Source: Lama glama (lineage: Eukaryota). Taken from it: 64,000 nucleotides of DNA. Within the stretch, counting starts at the first letter, position 1; every line of letters starts with the position of its first letter. The DNA is taken from the NCBI GenBank assembly GCA_028534125.1, contig CM052817.1, forward strand, positions 19,160,001 to 19,224,000. The letters are read 5' to 3'. Below, in pieces: positions 48,930 to 61,899 of the stretch. The translations under genes and the position numbers were made by a program. Under the pieces are notes generated by a model. The model did no database searches and was not told where the DNA came from. It saw only the letters and a program-made list of their open reading frames with translations.

Positions 48930-51800
48930 CTGTAACTTTTCATTTTGATGTAATTTAAAATCTATACCAAAGATGCAAGGAATTCTTATATTCTCTACCC
49001 AGATTTAACCAGTGTTCACATTTAGTGCAATTTGCTGTACCATTCTCTCTCTGCGTGTATTTAAATTCAAATTTCTTCAACTGTCCCAATAATGTCCTTT
49101 ATTCCTGTTGTTTGTCATTGTTCAGTATCTAATCCAGGGTCTTCCAGTGCATTCAATTGTTATCTCTGTTTGGTCTCCAATAGAGTTCCTCAGCCTTTCC
49201 CTGGGAACTTTGACCTTGACATCTTGAAAGATAATAGGCAGTTTTTTTGTAATATCTCTTATTTTGTTTCCTGTTGTTTCCTCATCCTAAAACTGTTTTT
49301 AATTTACCCACAGGGGTAACATATTCGGTAAGAAGAGAATGTTGGATCAAGGTGCTATACTCTATTTTTTAAACACCTAAAATATAATGATAATTTATTA
49401 AAACCACAATTAAAGTAGATGAGTTTAATTAACCTACTTTAGGTTTAATGTTTCAAGAAAACTAAATATGTCTAAAGAAGTAAGTCCTTCTAATAATATG
49501 ATCAAATAATCAACAGTCTTGGAAACTATTTAAGATTTTATAGACTGCATTACACAACTGTATACAAATATATGAAGGTAACACTTAAAAAGTTAACCTG
49601 GAGTTAAAAAAATAAATAAATGGAAACTAAAATCACATGCTATTTTGAATTTAACAAAGGATAGTATAATGCCAAAACTAAATTCTAAATTCATACTAAA
49701 ACTTCTTTTGGAGGAAAATTAAAAGTCTGAAATAATTTTATTAAAAAATACAGATAAACTATTTTTTCAATTTAAAAAGCTATGAAATCAAAACTAATGA
49801 ATGTAGCTGCATGCATCATGTATCCAAATGCTAAGGCAAAAAAGAAAATAATTTAAACATACAATAAGAAAATAACACAAAAAGAATAAATAAAACCAAA
49901 CTATTTCCTCGAAGAAGCAATTAAACTACAGGTTATCTTTTATGTAGGTGGCCCTTCTGAGATCATTCCTCACTAAAAAGGACCAGGTATTCTCAGAGAA
50001 ATCCTATTTATTCTTAGACTAAGAAAAGTACTATGTAACATTGGGACATCTTACATCAGAAAGCAAGGAAGAACTCTAAAATTAACAATGAAGACATGCC
50101 AAAAAGGAAAGCGGTCAAGCCCAAAGGGCCACTTACGAGCTAATTCTGGCACATTTAAATAACAACATTAGTTATTTATTACTATCATTTCTCTAATTGA
50201 TTGCAAACAATTAAATAAATAAAAATACGACTCCTTTGTGTGTGTGTATGTGTAAGAGAAAGAGAAAGAAAGACAGAAGTAAGTGGATGCTAAAATCAAT
50301 GATTAAAGTGTTTCAGAAAACAAAAGTTTGAACAGTGCCAAAGCTACACCATAGATTATCTGAGAATTGCAATGGGGAAAAATAAGTGAGCCTTTCCTTA
50401 AAGAGATCTGATTGCCATTTTCTTTAAAGAGTGATCAAATTTAGCATCACTAATGTTGAATTCTAACTTAAGGGGAAAAAAATACGAATTTTGAGGATAA
50501 AAGGAAAAAATAGTGTAGATTGATAGTAGGTAGTATTAGGGAAAAATTGTTGATGTTCTGTATGAAATGGAGTAGCTGAATGAACTACTAAATTTTTTTC
50601 TATTTTTTGGAGATGCATGTAAAGTATTTTGGGGTAAAATGTCAAGATTTCTGTAACTTACTTTTAAATGGTTCAGCAAATACAATAGAGATGGATAGAT
50701 GAATGTATAATAAAATATTAACAGTTGTGTAATGTAGACCTTTTGTATAAGAGGGATCATTGTATTATTATTTTAAAATTTATAGTATACAATTTTTCTC
50801 ATGTGTTGGAAAGTTAACATGTAAATAGAACATTTAGAAAAATGGTATAATCTTGAGTTGTAAAAACTAAATATTAGGCGACATCAAGGTAAAATAGTCA
50901 CATATAATTATATAAATTAAATTATTTGTATACTAAATAAAGTGAAATGTAGACATAATAATCAAGGAGTTAAATTTACAATCATAAGGAAAATTTTTGA
51001 AAATTTATTGAAAATACAGATTCCAATAAAAATATAAAGGCAGTTTACAAATTGGTAGTTCACACAAAAAAAATTAAAAATAGTGAAAAAATTATATTAG
51101 AAAACATGTCAACACCACTGATATTTAGAAAAATGAAACATAAAACAGTAAAAACTACCTCTTTTTTAACTTCTTATATTAACAACTGTTTTAAAGATTG
51201 ATAGCATTTATTGCTTTCAGGTGCATGAGGGAAGAACACAATTATGCTTTGCTGGCAGCAGTATATATTGTAAAAAACTTTTGGGAAAAGAATATGTCAG
51301 TGTTCACCAGAAGTTAATTTTGCTACCAGAAAAACAAAAACACTGCCAGGTTAGGTATTTATACAAGGGTATTTCTGAAGCACGCTATCTGACTGGAAAT
51401 AAACTAAATGTCAAATTATATGGAATTGTTAAATAAATTATGCTACACTTTTAGTTAGAAAGAAAATGAAGCAATTAAATAAATTAGTTTGTTATTTACA
51501 CATTGACTTAGAAGTATGTCTATCACAGTATTCAGCAGTAGGATAATTCAGTTTTTGCAAAACTTAAAAATAAAAAACGGAAAATAAACCACATATGTTT
51601 ATCTATATCTATGTCTATACAAGGTTAAAAAAAAAATAAGTTTGAAAGCAAAACCCAGACTGCCAACACTGCTTAGCATACCTCAAAGTAGAGCAAGATG
51701 AAAGGACGGGGGAGGTAATACTGGTGACACAACTTATAAATATCTGTATTCCATGAATTGTTACAAATGTATTCTTCTAATTAAAAAATAACAATAACAT
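48930..51800. mobile_element. Cluster of highly degraded L1M(C/E) fragments, mixed orientation
   Basis: A-rich L1-like tracts, e.g. GTAACTTACTTTTAAATGGTTCAG and AAACATGTCAACACCACTGATATTTAGAAAAATGAAACATAAAAC. Confidence 0.55.
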
Positions 51801-53534
51801 TTTTAAAAACCCTCAACAATAGCAACAAAAGAAATGACTATTGAATGAATTATATCTATGCAGGCACAATTATTTTCTAATGTGCAGAAGTTTGACTGCA
51901 GGCATACAGCAAAGAGAAAGGATTTATGAATCTTTTCATGTAAAATTAATGATGTAGTATAATGTGTGGTCTTTTTACTTTAAAAGAAGGTATCACAATG
52001 TGATACTTTATTACTCTGCCATTTTAATTGCTACATCTCTGTGTGCTTCATTGTGAATAATTTTAGTTTTGAATTTTTGACCCTGGGCAATTTCATTATG
52101 AAGTAGGGTTCCCTTTTGTGGATTAGAAAATGTTACAAATCAAAAGGATAAATTATAAACACAGTGAATTATAACTCAAACTCTTAAATTTTCTCACATT
52201 TTTCTCTTTATCCTGGTGGAACAAAGTGAACATTCAGTAAGTTAGTGAAAAATGAATAACAGAAAGAACTGCATTTTTTTTTTTTTAGAAAGAAAGTTAG
52301 GAGAAAGAAGTTTGCCTCAATTAGTAAGTTAGAGAAATCAGGAAGCAAATGATCTCTGTCAGGCTAAAACATAAAATGTTACCCTGGGCCTGGAAAAACA
52401 CTATGTTATAATATCTTTTAAAAAATAAATGTTAAGTACCATTTGTAGGATTAGTAGTCCTCAGATACCACAATACAAAAATGGCATTGTAAAGACAATA
52501 ATGCAGAAATTTCCTACCCCAGACCTACTTACCCCCTATTATTTTTGTCTTCCAAGACCCTGAAGGGATGTAAATCTGTTCTGTAAAGCTTCTCCTGTCC
52601 ATGGGGTTAACAGATTATTCTTGGATTTCCTTCTCCATGTGGGTGTAGTAGACACCAGATTCATATCTCCTTTTTGAAGTCACCATCTGGCTTCATATCT
52701 CACCCGTCAAACTGTGAAATCTTGAAGGCAGTAATCATATCATTAATCTTGGTAACTCCAAGATTAAGCAAAATAACCTGGCTCATATCAGGTGCTGGAC
52801 AAATGTTAAATTCAGTGAATTGATATACATGACAGTGGACACCACAGATTCATTAAAAGCAGTTAGGAAATTAAATGGGATATCCTAAATTAAATGTGAT
52901 TCATTTTTCCTTGGGAAAGACAAACCTGTATAGTTTAGTATATAGCACTGACCCTGGTATGCAACCTTTTCCATATTGTAAAAGGATTATCTTATATCTA
53001 TTCATCCTTCTTCAATTATCTCTTGATATATTATCTCCTGTATTTATATTTCATGAGAAAGATAAATGCATTCCAACTGGAACTCTATCTTTACACCATC
53101 AAATCTATCTGCGTGTCAGTCTCTCTGCTTTCTCCTCTTTACATTGGATGAAATGTCTTCATTTCTGTCAAAGCCCATCTCTTTAACTTGCTTGTCTTCT
53201 CGAGGGTTTCATTAACATGGTTACCCTCTGTTACAAATTATCCATTTCTTCCCTCTCCTGGATGATGCTTGTGTTAACGTCCTATTCCTGCTGTGAAATT
53301 TCTACAAATGTAGTGTCTTAAACAACAGAAATTTATTATCTAACAATTCTGGAGATCAGAAGTCCAAAACCAATTTTAGTAGACTAAATTCAAATGAAAC
53401 CAAAATAAAATCTGAGGACTTTAAGAAGAACATGTTTCTCCACCTTTTTGCTGCTTCTAGAGATGAGCCACAGTCCTTGGCTGCATCACTCCAATCTCTG
53501 TTTCCATTGTCACATTTCCTTCTATGACTCTGAC

Positions 53535-55831
53535 CGTCTTAGTCCATTCAGGCTGCTGTAACAAAACACAATAGCCTGGGTGGCTTATCAACAAGATAAA
53601 TATATTTTTTATAATTTTCGAGTTGGGAAGTCCAAGATAACGTCACCATCTTCCTGGTTCATAGGTGTCTGTCTTCTCCCTTTGTCCTCACGTGCTGGAA
53701 AGGCTGAGGGAACTCCGGGGGCCTCTTTTATGAAGGCACTAACCCAATCATGAGGGCTCCACCCTTATGACCTAGTCACCTATCAAAGACCCTCCTTCCA
53801 AATAACATATATTAGGCATTAGGATTTAGCTTGTGAATACGGGGAGAGTATAAACACTCAGTCTACCCATGGCCTCCTTCTCTTCTGCAAAATGCATTCA
53901 TTCCATCCCAGTAGCTTTAAAAATCTTAACGCTTTCTGGCATCAACTTTAATGTCTAAATGTAAAGTTGCATGTAAATTCCGTCTAAATCAGATATGGTG
54001 AGATTTAAGGCAAGAGTCATCCAGAGGCAAATTCTTCTCTAGCTGTACATCTGTGAAACCAAACTGTTATGTGCTTCCAAACTACAATGGTGGGGCAGGC
54101 ATATGCCAGCTATTCCAAAAGGGAGAAATAGAAGAAAGGAGGGGCAGGTCCCAAGTAACAGAGCAAAGTTCATTAAACCTTAAGACTTGAGAGTAACTCT
54201 TCTAGCTTGGTACTTAGCCCTCCAGACCCACAGTGGCTGCAGTCCTGCCCCTGCAGCTCTCATGGTTGGGGGTTGCACGCCTGTGGCTCTCCTAGGCAGC
54301 AGTTCTGCCTCCACTGCTCTCCCCATCTGGGGTCATGCAGATGACTCTGCCCCCATAGATCTGCTGGCATTGTCCCAAATGGGCTCTCCGTGGTGGCCCT
54401 ACTCTTTAAAGTTAAGGTGAAGGCAGCCACACCCACCAGGCCCTTCCCCTCCATCAGAGAAGGTGCTGCAGGTGGCGCCAAAGTTCGCAGCCTGTGCCCT
54501 CTGGAGGGGCAGCCACTGTAGCCAGAGCTGCATAAGGGCCTGCGGGAGCCACACCCAGGGCCGCTGAGGAGTGCTGCCCCTCCGTGCAGAAGGAGGGGTC
54601 CCCCATGAGGTGGTGCCAGGCAGTGTGCTCTGGGTTCTCCAGGCTCTCACGACCCCCTCCTTTGAAACCAGTCTACCTGCAAGGTCCTTGCATTCTGGCC
54701 CTACATGGAGAGGGACAGCTCTGATGATACTTGTTTGTCTCCAGGATCACTCTTCCATTGTCTTGGAGAATAGCTCCTAGATTCCTTTGAGAACACAGAT
54801 CCATACTAACCTCCTTATCAAATGGTAAGATTCTTGGCCACATCCTTAGTGTTCTTCCCCCAAAGCTTTTCTCAGGATTTACAATATGCAAAGGCTGAGA
54901 ATATGCCAAATGTTTAAGTTTGGTTTCCTTTCTGATGAACAATTCTATCTTTAAGCCATTTCTCTCTTTTCCCATTTTAGTGTAAACAATCAAGAAGAGC
55001 CACCTGTACCTTCAGCCTTTACTTAGAAATATCTTCAGCTAAATATCCAATTCATTGCTTGCAAGGTCTACCTTCTGCAAAATGCCAGGACACAAACACA
55101 GTTCAGCCAAGTTTTTTTTGCCACTTTGTAATAAAGATTGCCTTGTTCCCAATTTCCAATAACGTGTTCCTCATGTCAGTCTGAGACTTCATCAGAATTA
55201 CCTTCATTGTTCATATTTCTACCAACATTGTTTAGTACTACTTAGATATTCTCTAAGAAGACTGAGGCCTTTTTTATAGCTCCCTCTTTTATTTCTGAGC
55301 CCCCATCAAAATTGCCCTTAATGGTCCATCGGCAATGCAGGCTTTTTCTAGTATGCACCTCAAAACTCTTCTAGCTTCTACCCATTACCCAGTTTCAAAA
55401 CCACTTTCATACTTTAAGGTATTTGTTACAGCAACACCCCACATCTCAGTACCAATTTCTGTCTTAGTCCATTCAGGCTGCCATACAAAAATATCAGAGA
55501 CTGAATGGTGGCTTTTAAACAACAGAAATTTATTTCTCACAATTTTGGAGGCGAGGAAGTCCACGATAAAGGTGCTGGGAGTTTTGGTGTCTGGTGAGAG
55601 TCAACTTCCTGGTTCACAGACAACTGTCTTCTTGTTGTGTCTTCACATGGTGGAAAGGGTAAAGGAGCACTCTGGGACCTCCTTTATAAGGGCACTGATT
55701 CCATTCATGAGGGTCCCACCCTCATGACCTAATCGCCTTTAAAGGCCCCACCTCCAAACACCATCACATTGGGGGTTAGGATTCAATATATGAAATCAAG
55801 GGCAGTGGGGACAAACATTCAGTCTATGGCA
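53535..55831 (-). mobile_element. Two-LTR MaLR provirus (MLT1A/MLT1A0-like): 5'LTR 55460-55831, internal ~53866-55459, 3'LTR 53535-~53865
   Basis: Both LTRs begin GTCTTAGTCCATTCAGGCTGC on + strand; GAAATTGGTACTGAG follows the 5'LTR on minus strand as in MaLR internals; TSD CTGAC/CTCAC. Confidence 0.88.
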
Positions 55832-55983
55832 CTCACTCTACTGCTTCTGTCTTATAAGGACCCTTGTGATTATATTGGGCCCACCAAGATGATCTAGGTT
55901 AATCTCTCAAGATCCTTAATTTAGTCACATCTTCAAAGTCCTTCGTGTCATTTAGGTAACATAGCAACAGGGTCCTAGGGTGT

Positions 55984-56523
55984 TGTATTAGTCAGCATTC
56001 TCCAAGGAAACAGAACCAGTTAAGATGTGAGTGGTACGTGCTGTGTGTGTGTGTGTGTGTGTGTGCTTTGTGTGTATCTATCTATCTATCTATGTATATA
56101 AGGAACTGACTGTCGTAACTATGGAAACTGAAAAGTCCCAAGATCTAGCAACCTGGACGCTAAGGAGAGTCAATGGTAGAGCACCAGTCAGTGTCTGAAG
56201 GCCTGAGAACCAGGACAGCAGATGGTATGAGCGCCTGTCTGAATCTGACTCTAAAGGCAGGAGAAGACTCATGTTTCAGCTCAAAGACAGTCAGGCAGAG
56301 AGAATGAGCTCTCTTATTCAACCCTTTGTCCTCTTCTGGCTTTGGCGGGTTGGATGACGCTCTCCCACACTGAGGAAGACAGACTGCTTTACTTGTATCT
56401 GCCTCTTCAAATGTTAATCTCACCCAGAGACCCCCTGACACACACACACCCAGAATACTGTTTAAACAGATATCTGGGTGGACCCTACGGCCCAGTTAAG
56501 CACACATAAAATTAGCCGGCAGA
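55984..56523 (-). mobile_element. MLT2B-like ERVL solo LTR with internal (TG)n/(TATC)n
   Basis: TGTATTAGTCAGCATTCTCCAAGGAAACAGAACC...AAGTCCCAAGATCT...GAAGGCCTGAGAACCAGG...CACATAAAATTA; TSD GGTGT/GATGT. Confidence 0.88.
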
Positions 56524-57364
56524 GATGTGGACATGGTTAGGGGACCAGTTTCAGCCTACCACAGTTCCTATAAGCACAAAAAATGCTCTAGCATAATTAG
56601 TTTATTGACGCCACATTCTCCTCCAGTTTACTCCCTGTTTCTCTACATCCATAACATGTAAACTTAAACAATTCTGTGTTTTCTCTCAAGCATTATAATT
56701 CATTCTCCACTAAACCCTCTTTAAGTAGAATTTGGGCCCCTCCATTCCACTTACTTATCTTTTATCAGGGCAAAAATGACCTTCAAGTTGTCATGTATAA
56801 TGACCACTTCTCTGTTCTCATCTTACTAAAACTCACACACCACTGCCTCAGACTCTCCCTTCTTGATGTCTGCAAGGGGAACTTCTCATCATTCAGGTTT
56901 CAGTCTGAATGTAACATTAAAGAGATGGCTTCTTAAATTAGACGCCCCTCAGACTTCTGGGTTTTTTTGACAATGCTCATACATCTGAAATAATCTTTTT
57001 TGTTCATTAGTTTACATAGTTATTAACTTCTGCCTTCTCTCCTACTAGAACAGAAGATGGGAAAGAAAGGAGCTGTGTTTGTCTTCATAATGTTTTATTC
57101 CAAGTGTCAAAAACGATGCCTGATACACATGAGTGAATGACGGGCTTTTTTTGCAATTTGTAGGATATCACTATCAAATCTGTATCTAATAGGTATATTA
57201 AAATTAGACTTATAGTAGTCAAAGGATACGAATCTAATTTAAGGTGATGTTGCATTTTATTATAACTAAAACTAATTTAAAAATTGGTTCCAAGAAAGAG
57301 TTTATGCTAAATTGAAAACAGACTCTAGTGATGGAATCAATAGGATAGCCAATGGAGAATGATT

Positions 57365-57480
57365 ATAGATAGACAGATAGACAGATAGACAGACAGACAC
57401 ATACACACACACATATATAGTTAGACACAATAGACATGTCTATATGTATACTATATAATACATATACATATATTACTGTT
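57365..57480. repeat. (GATA/GACA)n and (CA/TA)n simple repeat
   Basis: Read directly. Confidence 0.85.
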
Positions 57481-58168
57481 GTGTATATTTATCTTGATAT
57501 TTTAAAAATAAAAATTTTTGTGAATACAATCTGAAATCATCATCTAAGAATAGTTTTCTAAGATTTCACTCAAATTTATTCAATTCTTGAAGAAAAATTT
57601 ATTTTTTGTACACCAACATTTGCTCCTGGAATAATACCCATTGTTAAGGGCTAAGGTTATAGCCACTTGAAATTTTAATAGAATTTAAATTTTTGGAAAT
57701 AAGTCTTCTGGAAGTTCAGATTACAAAATGACCATACATTTTTTTTAATAGATGCTCAAGCTGTCAAGAAAAATTTGTGTTTGATTTTCCATGGGTTAAA
57801 GTCATAATGAGAATTTCTACAGTTAACAAGGCCAACAGTAAAAAAAAAAAAATTGAAGTTTTAAATTGTTACCAGTACATAGTGATCGTTATAATGGGCA
57901 AAGAAGAATATACAAAACTGAATTTTGTCAAGTAAAGACTTTCTGAGTGCTTTATACCATGGGATGTCTAGGGGAAAACATTAAAATTTAATTTGTGCCT
58001 TTTCTTATTATAATTTGGAAAATATTGAATGGAGAAAATAATTAAAGTTATTTGAAGCAGAAGAAATGTAAAATATTTCAACTTGAGATAAATTTTACAA
58101 ATAATAATTTTGATTTAATATAAAGTATAGTTTAATGTTGCAAATGTGCAGGAGTTGTGGATTTTATT

Positions 58169-59061
58169 TGTGTCCTTCTCTAAGGGCCTTTTCACAGTTC
58201 CACAGGTAAATCTCCCATGAGACTTGCCCCCCACCTCAGATGCCAATTGCAAGTGGTAGGTCTCCAGGTGAGCCACAACTTCTGTCTGATTTGGATACAA
58301 ATCAGAGGTTCCCATGACCTCCTCTCCCTTGGATTTGATTATCTGCAAGGATAGTTCACAGAGCTCAGGGAAACACTTACGGCCAACAGTTTATTACATG
58401 ATAAATGATATAATAAAGAATACAGTTGGATAGCCAGATGATGAGATACAAAGGGCCGGTGCTGGCTCGGTCCTGAGCACTGGAGCTTCTGTCTTTGTGG
58501 AGGTAGAGGGCATCACCCGTGTGGTACCTGCATGTGTTTGCCAATCTGGAAACTCTCCAAAACCCACACTACTAAGAATTTTGTGAAGGCTTTATCATGT
58601 AGTCATGATCAATCATTAATTCCATTTCCAGCCCCTCTCCTTTCTCTGGTGAATGGGGAATGGGTCTGACAGTTTCAAGTTTCTAACCTTGGTTTAGTCT
58701 TTCTGGAGCCTCTATCCAGGGAGCATCTAGGACACCGAAGCCTACTCAGAGTCACCTTGTTAAAACCAAAGACTTCCCTATCACTGTGGAAATTTCAAGG
58801 GGTTTAAGAGTCCTGTGTCAGGAACCTGGGTCAAAGACTAAATATTAGAACAAAAGATGCTCCTAGTGTTCTTATGATTTAGGAAATTACAAGGGTTTTA
58901 AGAGCTGTGTGCCTGGAACTAGGGTTAAAAATTAAATGTTAGAATGGAAGATTCTGCTAACACCCCTATTTACAAACATTCTAGGAACCCTGTGTCAGGA
59001 ACCAGGAATAGACTCACACATATATATACGTATATAGATATGTATTTCTTAGTATCTCATA
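58169..59061 (-). mobile_element. MER21A-like LTR with three tandem ~85-95 bp units
   Basis: CAGATGCCAATTGCAAG...AAATCAGAGGTTCCCATGACC...TCACAGAGCTCAGGGAAACACTTAC; repeated CTGTGTCAGGAACC units at ~58760-59010. Confidence 0.85.
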
Positions 59062-59087
59062 TTTACTATTGATAAAAATTCAAAATT

Positions 59088-59903
59088 TGAAGCAAGAATT
59101 ATAATTTTGGAAAAGTTGTATTTGCCAGTCTGGACTTGACAACTTCCCAACACTTAAGAGACTTTTCTGGTGAGGTCAATGATAATTTGAATAATGTTTG
59201 CATTGTGTAACAAAATGTCTTCTATTTTAGAAAATCTATATGTCAGTGACAAATGAATGATGCTATAAATTCATGCATGAGTAAAATATCCATTTTAAGT
59301 TGAAGATAAATCAATGGATTTTAATGTCACATTGTATGAAACTTTTTTTAATATGGTTTCAGATTCCACACTGCAAGTAACTTTAAGAAAATATTGTTGC
59401 ATAGTTTTGGTGTAGTAGCCAAGAAGAACATCCACAGTTATTAAAAATTCAATTTAAATGTTCCTCTATCTTCAAAATATTTATGTACGTGAGTCTTCAT
59501 TTTCTTTGTACACTCCAAGCCAAACAACATTTCACTCCATATTAAATGCAGCTGCAGGTAAAAGAATTCAGTGTTTTTCTATTGAGCCAGAAATGAGGGA
59601 AATTTATAAAAATATAAAACAGTGCCAGTCTTCTCACTTTTTTTGCTTTATAAAATATAACTATATTTTATAAAAATATATATTATTTACATTAGCATCT
59701 AATGTGTTAATATTTAGAAGTACTTGGTAAATATGTATGTTTAAATTTTAAATCACTTTAAAATTTAAATTTTTTAAATTATATTTTATTTCCAATCTGC
59801 TAAATATCAGTTAAGTATAACACATATGAATAAAAGCTCTTTGGGATCCCCAATAATTTTAAAGTATGTAAAAATTTCCTGAGAACAAAGTAGTCGAGAA
59901 ACA
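59088..59903 (+). mobile_element. Charlie1-like hAT DNA transposon 3' part (degraded transposase C-terminus and terminal region)
   Basis: ORF 59458-59673 IYVRESSFSLYT...LNAAAGKRIQCFSIEPEMREIYKNIKQCQSSH resembles the Charlie transposase end; AAAAGCTCTTTGGGATCCCCAATAATTTT...CCTGAGAACAAA. Confidence 0.85.
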
Positions 59904-59970
59904 TTTATCTATAGCAGTAATTTTAACATTCTTTTGAAGTTCAGTGCTTCCCCCACAACACAACCTTTCT

Positions 59971-60187
59971 CTTTTTTTTTGCTTTTTTTTAACACTTTTT
60001 ATTGATTTATAATCATTTTATTTTACAATGTTGTGTCAAATTCCAGTGTTCAGCACAATTTTTCAGTCATTCATGGACATATACACACTCATTGTCACAT
60101 TTTTTTCTCTGTGATTTATCATAACATTTTGTGTATATTTCCCTGTGCTATACAGTGTAGTCTTGTTTATCTATTCTATAATTTTGA
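59971..60187 (-). mobile_element. Young camelid-type L1 3' end with 9-bp TSD
   Basis: T tail + TTTTATTGATTTATAATCATTT...TACAATGTTGTGTCAAATTCCAGTGTTCAGCACAATTTTTCAGTC...TTCCCTGTGCTATACAGTG; TSD AACCTTTCT at 59962-59970 and 60188-60196. Confidence 0.85.
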
Positions 60188-61640
60188 AACCTTTCTTGAA
60201 ATTGCAACAAATCAAAGAGATAATGTGGAGTTGCTCTGTTGGAAGTTAGAAAATCCCGGCAGCTAAGTGGCTCTCACTCTTATACGTATAATCCCTACTA
60301 ACTAGATATGAAATAGATGGAAAGATACTGGTTTATATGGATGTGACTCATATACCCCTGTGCAAATATGGTTAAATGGATTTGATGGCAAGGCTAGTAC
60401 ATGTAAATGTGCACGGATTATGTGACCTGATATGCATACGACATGCATTTCATTGCAAGATCATATTGATATTTTGATTCACTGTAAATATGAAAAGGCA
60501 ATTATTCCACATCAGCCTGATTACAAATAGTTCAATCAAATTGTATATAGGCAGAATGACACTGTGTAAGCACAGACCACACATTGATGCAGGATTTACA
60601 TAATTACTTTATCAAACACAAATACAACGCACTTTCACTTCATGAAAAAGTTAGTACACTAAAAGGATTATATTGGTAAAATGGTTTGCTTTTGAAACAG
60701 TATGAAATTATTTCTACCTTTATTTACTGTCAACGTAATGCTTATCTTTCAATGAAATCAAATTGGGAGGAAGGAATTCAGTATGTTTTAACATTCTAGA
60801 TTTTTAAGTTCTTAATCAGGGTGCAAGTTCCTCACCAGAGGACTTTAAATGCATAGCATTCTAAGCATAGATTATAAAGAATGCACACAGAGGCATGTAA
60901 CCAGGTGATATCTTGTACGATATATTGGCATGATGCTTTCTGTTGGCTCACAGAGGATTTTGCTCCACTGATTTGATGGCAGGTTGTCCTAGGTCGTATT
61001 TTAACAAGTTTCATTTCTGCTAACAGACGTGTTATCATTCTCTAGAGCTTTCTTCTCTGCACAGCATTTTCCAGAGGATGTATATGTGAGTGAGTGAGTG
61101 AGTGTGTGTATAAAATGCTACTCTTTACCTTGCTAAGTATTCAGTGGGCAAGGTCACTTTTAAAAGCAGTCCCTTTAGTATTGATAGAGCTGTCTCCTCT
61201 GACTTGTTTCTCCTAAAATATTGGGTAATGGATGTCTACAGGTGATTTTTAAAAATAGGAATATTATTCAAGGATTGGAGCGTTATAGCCTCCCTTACCT
61301 GTGTAAGAAGGTGCCAGTCTGATGTGTGATGGATGGTCTTATAAAGCATTAGGAGTATCTCTGTATGCAATGTCTTTGACCACATGGGGAAGTAAAATCA
61401 ATATACGCGCTAATATGGCATGCAGCATAGGTCTATTAGAGTAGCTTGTTGATTCAGTAGTTTTAAATGGTTTCTATGTAATAAATGCCACAAAGCAATA
61501 ATAATAGTGTGATTTTTCTAGTCTTCAGAATGAGAGGCACGTGACTGGTAATACTGTGTGGTTTGAGATTGGAGTGGGAAGAGAGCTCTGCTGGTTCATG
61601 AGTCAGAGGAGCCATTGAGGGGGCTTTCTTCCCAATGGAG

Positions 61641-61895
61641 TGCTATTGGTTGAATTGTGCCCCACCCCCCAAGCAATACATATAAAAGTCCTAACCACCA
61701 GTAACTCAGAGCATGGCCTTAATTGGAAATAAGATGTCTGGAGTAGGATGTTAATGAGATGGAGTAAATAAGATGACTGGAGTAGGATGGCCCCTAATGC
61801 AATATGACTGGTGTCCTTATAAGAGGAAAGTACCACATGAACTCACGGAAACACATGGGGGAAGATAATGTAAAGAGATAAGGGAGAAGCCATGC
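61641..61895 (+). mobile_element. MLT1B-like LTR, 5' half only
   Basis: TGCTATTGGTTGAATTGTGCCCC...AAGTCCTAACC...AATATGACTGGTGTCCTTATAAGAGG. Confidence 0.8.
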
Positions 61896-61899
61896 TTCA

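Larger units (their letters stand above)
53270..56563 (-). mobile_element. MaLR LTR (MLT1C/D-like) in three pieces (53270-53534, 55837-55983, 56529-56563)
   Basis: TTAAACAACAGAAATTTATTATCT...TTCTGGAGATCAGAAGTCC; AAGGACCCTTGTGATTATATTGGGCCCACC; ends TCAGCCTACCACA. Confidence 0.8.
53100..57140 (+). mobile_element. L2 fragment split by a nested LTR stack (pieces ~53100-53269 and 56564-57140)
   Basis: CCCTCTCCTGGATGATGCT | GTTCCTATAAGCACAAAAAATGCT continuity; 3' end CCAAGTGTCAAAAACGATGCCTGATACACATGAGTGAATGA. Confidence 0.65.

Noticed and set aside
54187..54780. GC-rich ORFs or CpG-island promoter
   Set aside because: Lies within the MaLR internal region; ORFs are short and overlapping
60832..61038. 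Minus-strand ORF ending at a donor-like CTG|gtgag
   Set aside because: No good acceptor or promoter evidence; peptide not recognised
9680..61895. LTR orientation bias indicating a host-gene strand
   Set aside because: Roughly 13 minus versus 8-9 plus by my count; too weak to infer an intronic location
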